Shown here: piece after piece, positions 18,603-27,752 of the stretch
Numbering within the stretch: the first letter of the stretch is position 1
Layout: each line of letters opens with the position of its first letter
Program-made: the position numbers and the translations under genes
Notes under the pieces: generated by a model
Database searches by the model: none
What the model was told of the DNA's origin: nothing
What the model saw: only the letters and a program-made list of their open reading frames with translations
Sequence record: NC_024210.1
DNA length: 47,112 nt
Reading direction: 5' to 3' (one strand)
Origin: Escherichia phage e4/1c

Positions 18603-21600
18603 ATGGCCGATTTGCCAAAGATTTATGGAAGCAAGGGTGGCAGCCAAAAGCAGCACACGCCAGTAGAGCAAGAAGATAACCTTATTTCACTTAACAAGAT
18701 TAAGGTTCTGCTTGCGGTTGCTGATGGTGAGGTTGACTCTAGCTTCTCGCTTAAGGATGTTTACCTTGCTGACGTTCCAGTTCAGAACCAGGACAACTCA
18801 TTCAACTATGAAGGTGTGACAGCTGAGTTTCGCCCCGGCACTCAATCCCAAGATTACATCGCAGGACTAGATGGCGCGGCATCAGAGATTCAGGTTAGTC
18901 GTGAAATTAACAACGACACACCTTACATCATCGGAGTTAACAACAGTCAGTTGTCAGCAATCCGTGTAAAGCTGTTCTGGCCTCGTCTCGTTAAGCAAGA
19001 AGAGAATGGAGATTTAAATGGTACAAAATGTGAATATGCAATCGATTTATCAGTTAATGGCTCAGCGTACACTGAATACACCAGAGGCGTGGCTAACGGT
19101 AAAACTACAACAGGTTACGACCGCAGTATCAGGGTTAACTTACCAGCCGAGTTTAGCAGCGCTCTTGTTCGTATTAGGAAGCTAACTCCTGACTCAAAAA
19201 GCAGCACGCTGGTGAACGGAATGCAGATTACAACCTATCAGGAAGTAATCGACGCTAAATTCCGCTACCCTCTTACAGCACTTGTTTATGTGGAGTTCAG
19301 TTCTGACCTGTTCCCTAATGGCATCCCAACGATAGCCATTAAGAAGAAGTGGAAGCTTATCCGCGTGCCGACAAATTACAATCCAGAGACAAGGACTTAT
19401 AGCGGTACATGGGATGGCACTTTTAAAATGGCATGGTCTGACAACCCGGCATGGGTTTTATATGACCTGGTGGTTAGCCAGCGTTACGGTTTAGATCAGC
19501 GAGAACTTGGTGTAGAGATTGATAAATGGGGGCTGTATGAAGCGGCGCAATTCTGTGACCAGATGGTTCCGGATGGTAATGGTGGAATGGAGCCGCGATA
19601 TACTTGTAACGTTGTCATTCAGCAGAAAGTGGAGGCGTATCAGCTTATTCGTGACATCTGTTCTATCTTCCGCGGTTTAACCTTCTACGATGGTGAGCAA
19701 ATCGGTATTGTTGTAGACAGGCCGCGCCAGCCTAGCTATGTGTTTACCAATGATAACGTTGTTGATGGTTTGTTTAACAGGACCTTCTCTAGTGATAAGT
19801 CTCTTTACACTACAGCAAACGTTCAGTTTGATGACGTAGAGAATAACTATCAGCAAGATGTTGAACCAGTGTTCGACCTTGAGGCAACTCGCCGCTTTGG
19901 TTATAACCCTGTAGATCTGACTGCAATTGGATGTGTAAGGCGTAGTGAGGCTAACCGTCGAGGTCGATGGCTGCTTAAAACAAACCTACGCAGTGAAACG
20001 GTAACTTTCACAACTGGCCTCGAAGGCATGATTCCGATGATTGGTGATGTAATTGCTGTCAATGACCAGGCCTGGTCTAGCAACTACACGTTAAACCTTT
20101 CTGGTCGAATCGTTGAGGCTGCAGGTTTGCAGGTTTTTGTACCATTCGCTATTGATGCGGACCCGGGCGACAGGATTTTAATCAACAAGCCAGATGGAAT
20201 CCCAGAGTACAGGACTATCGCTTCCGTATCTGCCGATAAGTTGACGCTTGAACTGAATACAGCATTCAGCTTCACGCCGCAGCCAGATACAGTATTTGCA
20301 ATAGACAAGCAGAATCTGGCTTTACAGAAGTATGTGGTGACCGGGATTCAAAAAGCTAACACGGACGGAGAGGACTCATTCCAGTACAGCATCACAGCCG
20401 TTCAGTATGACCCTAACAAGTACGATGAGATTGACTACGGTGTAAACATCGACGACAGGCCAACAAGCATCGTTGACCCTGACAGGATTTTGCCACCGCA
20501 GAACATCACCGTTACTAGCTACAGCAAGGTAGTTCAGGGTTTAAGCGTTGAGACGATGGTTATTGGTTACGACAAGGTGCAGTATGCGAAAACATACAAC
20601 GTACAATGGCGTAAGAACAATGGTAACTGGATTAACGTACCAGAGACGGCTAACACTGAGGTTGATATTGAAGGCATTTACGCTGGCATTTACGACGTCA
20701 GGGTTCGTGCTGTAACTGACCAGAAATCAGTGTCTGCATGGTCTGATATCACGACAGTCAGCTTGACTGGCAAGATTGGAGAGCCATCAGCGCCTCCTGT
20801 AATTACCGCATCTGATGATGAGGTCTTCGGGATTAGGGTTAGGTGGGGCTTCCCTACTGACTCAGCCGATACTGCGTACACCGAGCTTCAGCAGGTTCCG
20901 GATAATGGTGACGGTACATACAATCCAGAGAATGCATCACTGCTTACGCTGGTTCCTTACCCGCAGTATGAGTACTGGCACACAACTTTACCAGCAGGTA
21001 ACGTGAGGTGGTACAGGGCAAGGATTATTGACAGGATAGGTAACGTATCTCCATGGACTGATTTTGTCAGGGGTATGGCATCTGATGATGTAAGTGCAAT
21101 CATTGGCGACATCAAGGTTGATATAGAAAACTCCGATGGGTACAAGTATCTTCTCCAGAACGCTATTGATGCAAATACTGACATCCAGAACCAGGCCGAA
21201 GCAATAATCGAGAATGCCCTGGCAAACGACACTGATGTTCGCGTTATGAAGCGCGAGAATGGGGCAAGGAAGGCTGAATATCGCCAAGCTGTAAGTTTGA
21301 TTGCTGATGAAACTCAAGCGCGTGTAGACGCTCTCACGGAGCTTAAAGCGCAGATTGATGATGAGATTGTTGGTCAGATTACGACAATTGAGACCGCGCT
21401 AGCTACTGAGACCGAAGCAAGGGCTACAGCTGATACGGCTCTCAGTGCAAGGCTTGGGGATAACGAGGCGGCTTTGAATCAGAAGCTTGACTCTTATGCC
21501 ACAGTCGAAGGCGTTGGTGTTCAGTACGGCGTTAAGCTAGGCCTGAAGTACAATGGAGTTGAGTATGGCGCTGGTATGAGCATGGAGTTAACTGGTAGCG

Positions 21601-21989
21601 GTGGAAATGTTCGTAGTCAGTTCATTTTCGATGCTAACAGGTTCGCAATCAGCAACGGTATTAGTTCTGGTTCCGGTCAGTGGTCGCTGCCTTTCGTTGT
21701 CGAGAGTAACCAGGTATTCATCCAGAGCGCGGTGATTCAGGACGGCTCAATCACTAACGCGAAGATTGGCAACCGCATTCAATCAAACAACTATATACAA
21801 GGAAGTCAGGGGTGGGCGATTGATAAATCAGGAAGTGCTGAGCTAAACAATGCCACTGTTAGAGGAAGCTTATATGCAAGCAATGGTAACTTTGCATTTA
21901 ACGGAACAAATAACACAGTAGTAATCAACAACAATGGCATCACAGTTAACTTACCGGGAGGTGGAAGGGTTGTAGTTGGCGTGTGGTAA
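18603..21989 (+). CDS. tail tip / central fibre protein (lambda J-like)
   Basis: about 1128 aa; N-terminal GSKGGSQKQHTPVEQEDNL resembles J-type N-termini; last gene of lambda-like tail block. Confidence 0.85.
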   Translation: MADLPKIYGSKGGSQKQHTPVEQEDNLISLNKIKVLLAVADGEVDSSFSLKDVYLADVPVQNQDNSFNYEGVTAEFRPGTQSQDYIAGLDGAASEIQVSREINNDTPYIIGVNNSQLSAIRVKLFWPRLVKQEENGDLNGTKCEYAIDLSVNGSAYTEYTRGVANGKTTTGYDRSIRVNLPAEFSSALVRIRKLTPDSKSSTLVNGMQITTYQEVIDAKFRYPLTALVYVEFSSDLFPNGIPTIAIKKKWKLIRVPTNYNPETRTYSGTWDGTFKMAWSDNPAWVLYDLVVSQRYGLDQRELGVEIDKWGLYEAAQFCDQMVPDGNGGMEPRYTCNVVIQQKVEAYQLIRDICSIFRGLTFYDGEQIGIVVDRPRQPSYVFTNDNVVDGLFNRTFSSDKSLYTTANVQFDDVENNYQQDVEPVFDLEATRRFGYNPVDLTAIGCVRRSEANRRGRWLLKTNLRSETVTFTTGLEGMIPMIGDVIAVNDQAWSSNYTLNLSGRIVEAAGLQVFVPFAIDADPGDRILINKPDGIPEYRTIASVSADKLTLELNTAFSFTPQPDTVFAIDKQNLALQKYVVTGIQKANTDGEDSFQYSITAVQYDPNKYDEIDYGVNIDDRPTSIVDPDRILPPQNITVTSYSKVVQGLSVETMVIGYDKVQYAKTYNVQWRKNNGNWINVPETANTEVDIEGIYAGIYDVRVRAVTDQKSVSAWSDITTVSLTGKIGEPSAPPVITASDDEVFGIRVRWGFPTDSADTAYTELQQVPDNGDGTYNPENASLLTLVPYPQYEYWHTTLPAGNVRWYRARIIDRIGNVSPWTDFVRGMASDDVSAIIGDIKVDIENSDGYKYLLQNAIDANTDIQNQAEAIIENALANDTDVRVMKRENGARKAEYRQAVSLIADETQARVDALTELKAQIDDEIVGQITTIETALATETEARATADTALSARLGDNEAALNQKLDSYATVEGVGVQYGVKLGLKYNGVEYGAGMSMELTGSGGNVRSQFIFDANRFAISNGISSGSGQWSLPFVVESNQVFIQSAVIQDGSITNAKIGNRIQSNNYIQGSQGWAIDKSGSAELNNATVRGSLYASNGNFAFNGTNNTVVINNNGITVNLPGGGRVVVGVW

Positions 21990-21996
21990 TTGATTA

Positions 21997-22017
21997 AGCC
22001 CCTTTCGGGGCTTTTTC
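21997..22017 (+). terminator. terminator between convergent J and RBP genes
   Basis: agcccc-tttc-ggggct plus T-run. Confidence 0.7.
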
Positions 22018-22019
22018 TT

Positions 22020-22982
22020 TTAGTAGAAGTTTGGTATGAATGGTAGAGCCATTGATATGTTTGTATCGAATGGGAATTGTGCGCCAGTTTGAGTTGAATA
22101 GTTACCTATAACAGTACCAGGAACGGCTCTAACTGAACCGCCAGACATGCAAACACCCTTGTATCGTAAGTTATTATAGCCACCAGTGACTCTAGTTGTC
22201 GCTCCGCATCTAAGTATTGGGAAGAACCCACCATTAACTGACTGGTAACCATTACTAATCTGCATGAATCCACTTAGAACAAATGGCCTCCTGACGCTAG
22301 AGAAAACTATCTGCCCAGCGCTGTTTGATATCGTTAAACCCGGACCAGCTACTGGAGGTGTATTATTGAAAATAACCAACTGAACGTAAGTACTTGCAGC
22401 AACATCATCAATCCCATTGTACGTTATATCCCTGCACCATATCGTACTACCATCACTTTCAAGGGATACGTTTGGGTTATCCCATTTACCAAAAGGAATG
22501 CCGCCAACTGGCAATGATGCAGAGCCATTAACCTGGATACCACCAACCCAAGCAGCAGTCATTAATCTGGAATTGCTTGATATCGCTGTAAAGTCAGTCG
22601 AGTTCTCAATAAGGACACCAGGGCTTGATTGTGAGGATGCTGGTAAAATCTCAAAGCACTGACCGCCAAACTGTAATATGCGACCATTAGCACCGTTAAA
22701 GTTACTTAATGTAATCCTTCCAACCCCATCGTTAACCTTCGAGAACCCATTCATGTAATAAACTTCTGGTATAACATCATATGCATCAACATAAACAGCC
22801 TGAGTTGGCAGGCAGAATGCTGTTGAGCCAGGAGTCATAGTCAAACCGAAATCCCATGATGATGCTGGTGAGCTTAACCCACTAGTGTTTATTGAACCAG
22901 TCACGGCTGGGACTCTCAAACCCGCCGTTATTTCCATTGGCGGCCTTCCATCATTCAAATCTATCAAGATACCCTGAGGCAT
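22020..22982 (-). CDS. putative receptor-binding protein (RBP)
   Basis: 320 aa from ATG 22982 with RBS AAGGAG; Gly/Ser/Thr/Asn-rich beta-type protein; located downstream of J on the opposite strand and translationally coupled to a lipoprotein gene. Confidence 0.45.
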   Translation of the reverse strand: MPQGILIDLNDGRPPMEITAGLRVPAVTGSINTSGLSSPASSWDFGLTMTPGSTAFCLPTQAVYVDAYDVIPEVYYMNGFSKVNDGVGRITLSNFNGANGRILQFGGQCFEILPASSQSSPGVLIENSTDFTAISSNSRLMTAAWVGGIQVNGSASLPVGGIPFGKWDNPNVSLESDGSTIWCRDITYNGIDDVAASTYVQLVIFNNTPPVAGPGLTISNSAGQIVFSSVRRPFVLSGFMQISNGYQSVNGGFFPILRCGATTRVTGGYNNLRYKGVCMSGGSVRAVPGTVIGNYSTQTGAQFPFDTNISMALPFIPNFY

Positions 22983-23227
22983 TATTTCCACTCCTTAGAT
23001 CCGTGATCTGCAACTGAACCGCCGTAGCCTCCACCAACCTTTGACTCAATACCAGCATAACGAATATCAACCTCTCCAGCTGGAACAATAACGCCACCTT
23101 TCCACTTAGCTACGCATACACCAGAGGCCTGAGTTGCACACCATCCGTCAGGGCGCGGGCCAGAAGAACAACCTACTGTCATTATTACTGCTGTTGCGAT
23201 GATTGCTGATTTGATGAATTTGGTCAT
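22982..23227 (-). CDS. Cor/Llp-like superinfection-exclusion lipoprotein (putative)
   Basis: 81 aa; N-terminal [20 protein letters not shown] signal with lipobox-like VGC, Ser at +2; stop overlaps RBP start. Confidence 0.5.
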   Translation of the reverse strand: MTKFIKSAIIATAVIMTVGCSSGPRPDGWCATQASGVCVAKWKGGVIVPAGEVDIRYAGIESKVGGGYGGSVADHGSKEWK

Positions 23228-23267
23228 TTTGTATTCCTTATTAAGTATGTTTCGTTTCGATGGAGTA

Positions 23268-23311
23268 ACTATAGCAAAGGCCGATGCGGGAGTCTTTAGC
23301 AAATCGTGCTA
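23268..23311 (-). promoter_or_regulatory. palindrome-type promoter unit for lipoprotein-RBP operon
   Basis: minus-strand TAGCACGATTTGCTA (23297-23311), 23 bp, TATAGT, then CCATCGAAACGA leader. Confidence 0.5.
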
Positions 23312-23315
23312 TTTG

Positions 23316-23470
23316 ATATACGCGTAACCGATGTAACTCGATGTATACAATCTAATCCGAGGAAAATTGTATACGCTTTTTACGCGAGGATACGCATTAG
23401 TTACATTTATAAATCCTTATATATTAAGGGTTTAGAGTATTATTATTATTATATATATTACTATGTATAT
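23316..23470. repeat. regulatory repeat region A (homologous to 43180-43330)
   Basis: shares TATACGCGTA... and a near-identical 60-bp segment ATCCTTATATAT.AAGG..TTAGA.TATTATTATTATTATATATA with region B. Confidence 0.7.
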
Positions 23471-23760
23471 CTTGTAACTAATCTCTATAGCTATGTTGGT
23501 ATGTTTTTCTAAAAGACTATGTTTGATTTCCTGTTAAGGAGTAGATGCATATAGATATAGATATGGTGCAAAAGTGGTGGATACATTGGTTACAAGAGTT
23601 ACACTCAGCATCCATGCGGCGCACAGAGTTGCAAAGCGTATTCAGGTGCGTTTTACGTAGATATACAGATAGCTTTTTTGGTTTATTAATGAGCATTTAT
23701 TGGCAATTAAAGCGGTAGTTAATATCAATATTGCTACCTTGATTGCTAATGCCTGGCATG

Positions 23761-23804
23761 CGGTCAATAAAAATGTTGACTGTACGGTCAATAAAAATGT
23801 TGAC
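23761..23804 (+). promoter_or_regulatory. tandem 20-bp operator-like repeat (CGGTCAATAAAAATGTTGAC x2)
   Basis: two identical copies separated by 4 bp; each contains inverted arms GTCAA/TTGAC; second copy provides the -35 of the early promoter. Confidence 0.6.
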
Positions 23805-23828
23805 CGATTGAAATTTTTTCAGTAAATT
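23800..23828 (+). promoter_or_regulatory. sigma70-type early promoter (TTGACC, 17 bp, TAAATT)
   Basis: canonical spacing; followed by TCATCGATACGAG leader and gene at 23864. Confidence 0.6.
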
Positions 23829-23863
23829 TAGCTCATCGATACGAGCATGGGGTACGGCAGGAA

Positions 23864-24235
23864 ATGAGATTAACAAAGATTGAGATTATGAAGGTTTTAT
23901 CAGGCCATCCTGATTACGAATTTAAGTTATGGGAGGTTGGGGGCTTACCGATAGAGGCTAGAGATCTTTCTTATATAATGTTTGGTCACGAGGAAGGTGG
24001 AAAGAAGTCAAAAATGACTTGTTGTAAGCAAGCTCTAGATAGGATGGTAAATGATGGTTATCTGGAGTCGTCAAAGGTAACTATAAAACCACATACAGTT
24101 GATAACAGAAGCATGAGGGCGACTGTAAGCAGGTACAGAGTTAAGGGCTCTAACATTAGTTGGTTTAAGAAAACTGACGAATTTGCGAAGTGCAGAGAGA
24201 TAACGCTAACTAAAGAGGATTACAAAAGTGAGTAA
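23864..24235 (+). CDS. hypothetical early protein (123 aa)
   Basis: first gene downstream of early promoter; possible DNA-binding fold not confirmable. Confidence 0.5.
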   Translation: MRLTKIEIMKVLSGHPDYEFKLWEVGGLPIEARDLSYIMFGHEEGGKKSKMTCCKQALDRMVNDGYLESSKVTIKPHTVDNRSMRATVSRYRVKGSNISWFKKTDEFAKCREITLTKEDYKSE

Positions 24236-24806
24236 AGACATGATTTCAATTGTTGATTATTGCAACGCTTTATCATTTAAGCCAGCATTAGTTATTAAGG
24301 CTATAGAAGAAATTATTTGCTTTGATAAAGGAAGCCTCGCTGAGTGGGTTGATGGGATTTGCTTTATGAACAAAAGATTAATGATAGCCGTAACAACAAA
24401 GATCGATACTTCAAAGATTTATCTGGTGCTTGATTATATGGATAGGGTTGAGTCTGAGGTTAAAGATAGATTCAACACAATGGTTCAACTAAAAATTGAG
24501 AATGCAGTGGCGAGAGTTAATAATCAGCTAGCAATTGAAATGGCTCATAGTGAGCGACTTCATAAGCAGGCTGATATCTACTACAAGCAATTATCAAGAC
24601 TTGAGAGCAAGAAAACTACAGCAGAGTGCGTAAAGGAAGCTAACGCATCAGAACGCCAGGCATGGAACGATAGATGCAATGAACGCGAGGATGTCTTAGT
24701 CGCTAGGGCAAACATTCAGTCTCTTGAGCAAAAGGAGAAGATACTTCTTGCTAGTTCTGGTATTTCGTACCAATCAAGAGAATTCCTGGCTATAGGTAAA
24801 AACTAA
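24228..24806 (+). CDS. hypothetical early protein (192 aa), coiled-coil C-terminus
   Basis: overlapping start (GTG 24228 with RBS AAGAGGA, or ATG 24240). Confidence 0.5.
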   Translation: MSKDMISIVDYCNALSFKPALVIKAIEEIICFDKGSLAEWVDGICFMNKRLMIAVTTKIDTSKIYLVLDYMDRVESEVKDRFNTMVQLKIENAVARVNNQLAIEMAHSERLHKQADIYYKQLSRLESKKTTAECVKEANASERQAWNDRCNEREDVLVARANIQSLEQKEKILLASSGISYQSREFLAIGKN

Positions 24807-24879
24807 TAGGCAAAACCAATTGGATAAACTTAGCTACGGATGGCATAGTTAAACCACACAAACAGAGAGAGATATAGAA

Positions 24880-25074
24880 ATGGCATACTTCATTATTCAA
24901 GAGCGCAACAATCCTATTTTCGGCACAGTCTACTATTGCGAGGATGGATCTGGATACTGCGACCACAAAGCTGATGCTAAGCGGTTCGATACGAAAGCTG
25001 AGGCTATGGAGTGGGGTAGCATCAACGATGAAGAGTTGGGTGGCATTGTTAAAGTGATTAAGGTTAAGGAATAA
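24880..25074 (+). CDS. hypothetical protein (64 aa)
   Basis: RBS GAGAGAGA; precedes exonuclease. Confidence 0.5.
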   Translation: MAYFIIQERNNPIFGTVYYCEDGSGYCDHKADAKRFDTKAEAMEWGSINDEELGGIVKVIKVKE

Positions 25075-25077
25075 ATC

Positions 25078-26046
25078 ATGAGCTTCAAGGTTTACACTAA
25101 CGATGAGTTAACCAATGAAGCCTACCATCAGGAGTCAGATCATGTGTCTGGTTCTGGTCTGGCTCACATTTTCTCAACTTGCCCAGCTGCACACAAGTTC
25201 TCTGAGCATGATGACGAGAGTAAGGCACTTAAGTTTGGTACGTTGGCCCACACGGTAATTCTTGAGAACTCTGCGTTCGACGCAACTTATTACCGGCAAC
25301 CAGCGCAGGAAGAGTTTGAAGACCTGATCACCAGCAAGACTGCATTAGCCGCAAGACTTAAGGCGATGGGAATTACAGGCACATCAGGTAAGGATTACCC
25401 TGAATTAATGGAGATGCTGACACTGACCGGTGAATCACTAAACGTATGGTGGGATATCCAGCGATCTAGCGAGGTTAAAGCTGAAGCCCGAGAGATTGTA
25501 TCAGCTAAGGACTTTGACACCGTACAGGCTATGAGAGAGGTTCTATGCGGCATTCCTGCTTACAATGCCATAGTTAACAGTAAAACCGCTCAGCGAGAGT
25601 TATCAATCTTCGGTGAGATTAATGAGTGCGGAGTTAAGGTAAGGCTGGACCATGTTGATGTTGTTGGTGATAAAGTTGTGATCACAGATTACAAGACAAC
25701 ATCAGACGCATCTCCTGAATGTTTTGGTAGGTTGGCGGCTAACTATGGCTACTTGCTTAAGATGAGTTTACAGCGCGATCTATTTGTGCGTGCGTTCAAT
25801 GAGAAGCGCAAGGTTGTTGTCCAGTTACTGGCTCAGGAGAAAAAGGCACCATACCTTCCAATGCTTTACACATTATCAGATGCGCACATTGCTTTAGGTC
25901 GCAGGCAGTATATGGAAGCATTGGCAACATACAAACAGTGCAAGAAGTTTAATGTCTGGCCCGGTTACAACGCAATTGAGGATTCTATGGAGTTGCAGGT
26001 TCCAGAGTTTTATATGAAGAAATACGAAAACAGCACGAATAGCTAA
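25078..26046 (+). CDS. PD-(D/E)xK-type exonuclease (recombination exonuclease)
   Basis: 322 aa; motif VRLDHVDVVGDKVVITDYKTT; directly upstream of Erf. Confidence 0.6.
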   Translation: MSFKVYTNDELTNEAYHQESDHVSGSGLAHIFSTCPAAHKFSEHDDESKALKFGTLAHTVILENSAFDATYYRQPAQEEFEDLITSKTALAARLKAMGITGTSGKDYPELMEMLTLTGESLNVWWDIQRSSEVKAEAREIVSAKDFDTVQAMREVLCGIPAYNAIVNSKTAQRELSIFGEINECGVKVRLDHVDVVGDKVVITDYKTTSDASPECFGRLAANYGYLLKMSLQRDLFVRAFNEKRKVVVQLLAQEKKAPYLPMLYTLSDAHIALGRRQYMEALATYKQCKKFNVWPGYNAIEDSMELQVPEFYMKKYENSTNS

Positions 26047-26073
26047 AACAACATTAAATCGGTGAGGTATATT
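26031..26073 (+). promoter_or_regulatory. degenerate palindrome-type promoter unit upstream of erf
   Basis: CAGCACGAATAGCTA (overlaps exonuclease C-terminus), 22 bp, TATATT, then CCTCATCGACAACGAGAGGA. Confidence 0.4.
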
Positions 26074-26101
26074 TACCTCATCGACAACGAGAGGAAGAAA
26101 T

Positions 26102-26749
26102 ATGAAGACTTCGGAAAGTAATAAGTCAGTTTTACAGGCGCTTTTTAAGGCCCGCACAGGCTTCGCTAAGGCGGCAAGAGACAAGCAAAACAGTCACCTT
26201 AAGAATCGATACGCTACACTTGACTCCATGCTGGAGGCCGTAGTGCCAGCGCTTGATGACAATGACTTAATGATTATGCAGAGTATGTTAGAGACATCAA
26301 CTTCTGATAATCTTAATGTCGAAACAACTCTTTATCACGTTTCTGGTGAGTGGGTTAGCTTCTTTATGATTATGCCGATTGTTAAGAAAGACCCGCAAGG
26401 CGTAGGCTCAGCATTCACATATGCACGACGCTACTCATTGGCCGCAGCGCTTGGAATTAGCCAATCAGACGACGATGCTCAGATGGCGGTTAAGAGTGTA
26501 AAGGACTGGAAGCGAGAAGTAGAGAAGGCAGAGACTCGCGATGAACTTGTAGAGGTTTACAAGGCATGTAAATCACAAGCCGATGCCGCAACATGGGGTA
26601 TCGTTGAGAAAGCTATCATCGAAAAGCTAGCTGAGATAAAAATGGCATCAGCAAGTGGCTTCAACCCAGCAAAGCCTAAAGAAGTAACTAAAGTTGTTGC
26701 AAATGCACCGAGTGAGGCTGTAGAATCACAATCAATAGAAAAGTTCTGA
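26102..26749 (+). CDS. erf: ERF-family single-strand annealing protein
   Basis: 215 aa; motif GSAFTYARRYSLAAALG characteristic of Erf-type recombinases. Confidence 0.75.
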   Translation: MKTSESNKSVLQALFKARTGFAKAARDKQNSHLKNRYATLDSMLEAVVPALDDNDLMIMQSMLETSTSDNLNVETTLYHVSGEWVSFFMIMPIVKKDPQGVGSAFTYARRYSLAAALGISQSDDDAQMAVKSVKDWKREVEKAETRDELVEVYKACKSQADAATWGIVEKAIIEKLAEIKMASASGFNPAKPKEVTKVVANAPSEAVESQSIEKF

Positions 26750-26790
26750 ATTAATCGGGGCTTCGGCCCCAGAATAAAACGATAGTCATT

Positions 26791-27294
26791 ATGGCTGGAT
26801 ATATAAAGTACGATGATTTCTCAAAGTACTTGCATTTAGATAATGATGGTGATTTGTGCTGGAGCGTAAGCGTAAAATCATCTAAAGTTGGTAAGATGAA
26901 AGGCTCACCTGACAATTACGGTTATAAGCATTTTCACCTATTTGGAAAGAGATGGAAATTTCATAGAGTAATATACTGCCTACATAACAAGTGCGACCTA
27001 GATAGCTCAATTGAGGTTGACCATATTGATTTAGATAAAAGCAATAACAAACCATCAAATTTAAGAATTGCATCAAGGCACGATAACCAACAGAATAGAG
27101 GTAAGAATAAAAACAACACTAGCGGATACAAGGGAGTTTGCTTTCATTCAAAAACTGGCTGCTACTTTGGTAGAGTCTTGTTTGATGGCAAGGTTTACTC
27201 AACCAAATACCACAAACTAGAAGTAGATGCACACAAAGAACTTTGCAAAATCAGATCTAAATTTAAATCAACTTATGTAAACAACGGAGAATAA
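26791..27294 (+). CDS. HNH-AP2 homing endonuclease (intact)
   Basis: 167 aa; HRVIYCLHNKCDLDSSIEVDHIDLDKSNNKPSNLR (HNH) followed by NTSGYKGVCFHSKTGCYFGRV (AP2-like). Confidence 0.8.
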   Translation: MAGYIKYDDFSKYLHLDNDGDLCWSVSVKSSKVGKMKGSPDNYGYKHFHLFGKRWKFHRVIYCLHNKCDLDSSIEVDHIDLDKSNNKPSNLRIASRHDNQQNRGKNKNNTSGYKGVCFHSKTGCYFGRVLFDGKVYSTKYHKLEVDAHKELCKIRSKFKSTYVNNGE

Positions 27295-27295
27295 G

Positions 27296-27718
27296 ATGCA
27301 TACTTTAACTGGAAATATCCGCAAAGCGCCTTTCACAAAGACTGGGGAAAACAGTAAAGGCCAGTGGAAGATGTATAAGGTTGAACTTTCAGAGTCATAT
27401 AAAAATAAAGAAGGTGAAAGGAAATACACAAATTACTCAGTAACATTTTTTGCCAGTGAAGCGCAGATTAGTTGGTATGACGAAGCATTTCAGGAAGGTA
27501 AGGTTATCTCTGTGAGCGGTGACTCATTAGCAGTTAACGAGCGGGAACATAATGGTAAGTCATATATTACACTTGAGTTGCAGAATCCGCGATTGATGTT
27601 TAGCCAGCGAGGCGGGGAATTAGCACCACAGCAACAACAACAGCAACCACAGCAACAGCAGCGACAGCAGCCACAGCAACAAAGCCGATTTACTGAAGAA
27701 GATGATATCCCGTTCTGA
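27296..27718 (+). CDS. ssb: single-stranded DNA-binding protein
   Basis: 140 aa; OB-fold-like N-domain, Gln-rich linker, acidic tail EEDDIPF (canonical SSB C-terminus). Confidence 0.85.
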   Translation: MHTLTGNIRKAPFTKTGENSKGQWKMYKVELSESYKNKEGERKYTNYSVTFFASEAQISWYDEAFQEGKVISVSGDSLAVNEREHNGKSYITLELQNPRLMFSQRGGELAPQQQQQQPQQQQRQQPQQQSRFTEEDDIPF

Positions 27719-27728
27719 TGTAAAATAT

Positions 27729-27752
27729 AAAGCCCCTTTCGGGGCTTTTTTT
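27729..27752. terminator. bidirectional terminator between ssb and tail fibre gene
   Basis: agcccc-tttc-ggggct flanked by A-run upstream and T7 downstream. Confidence 0.7.
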
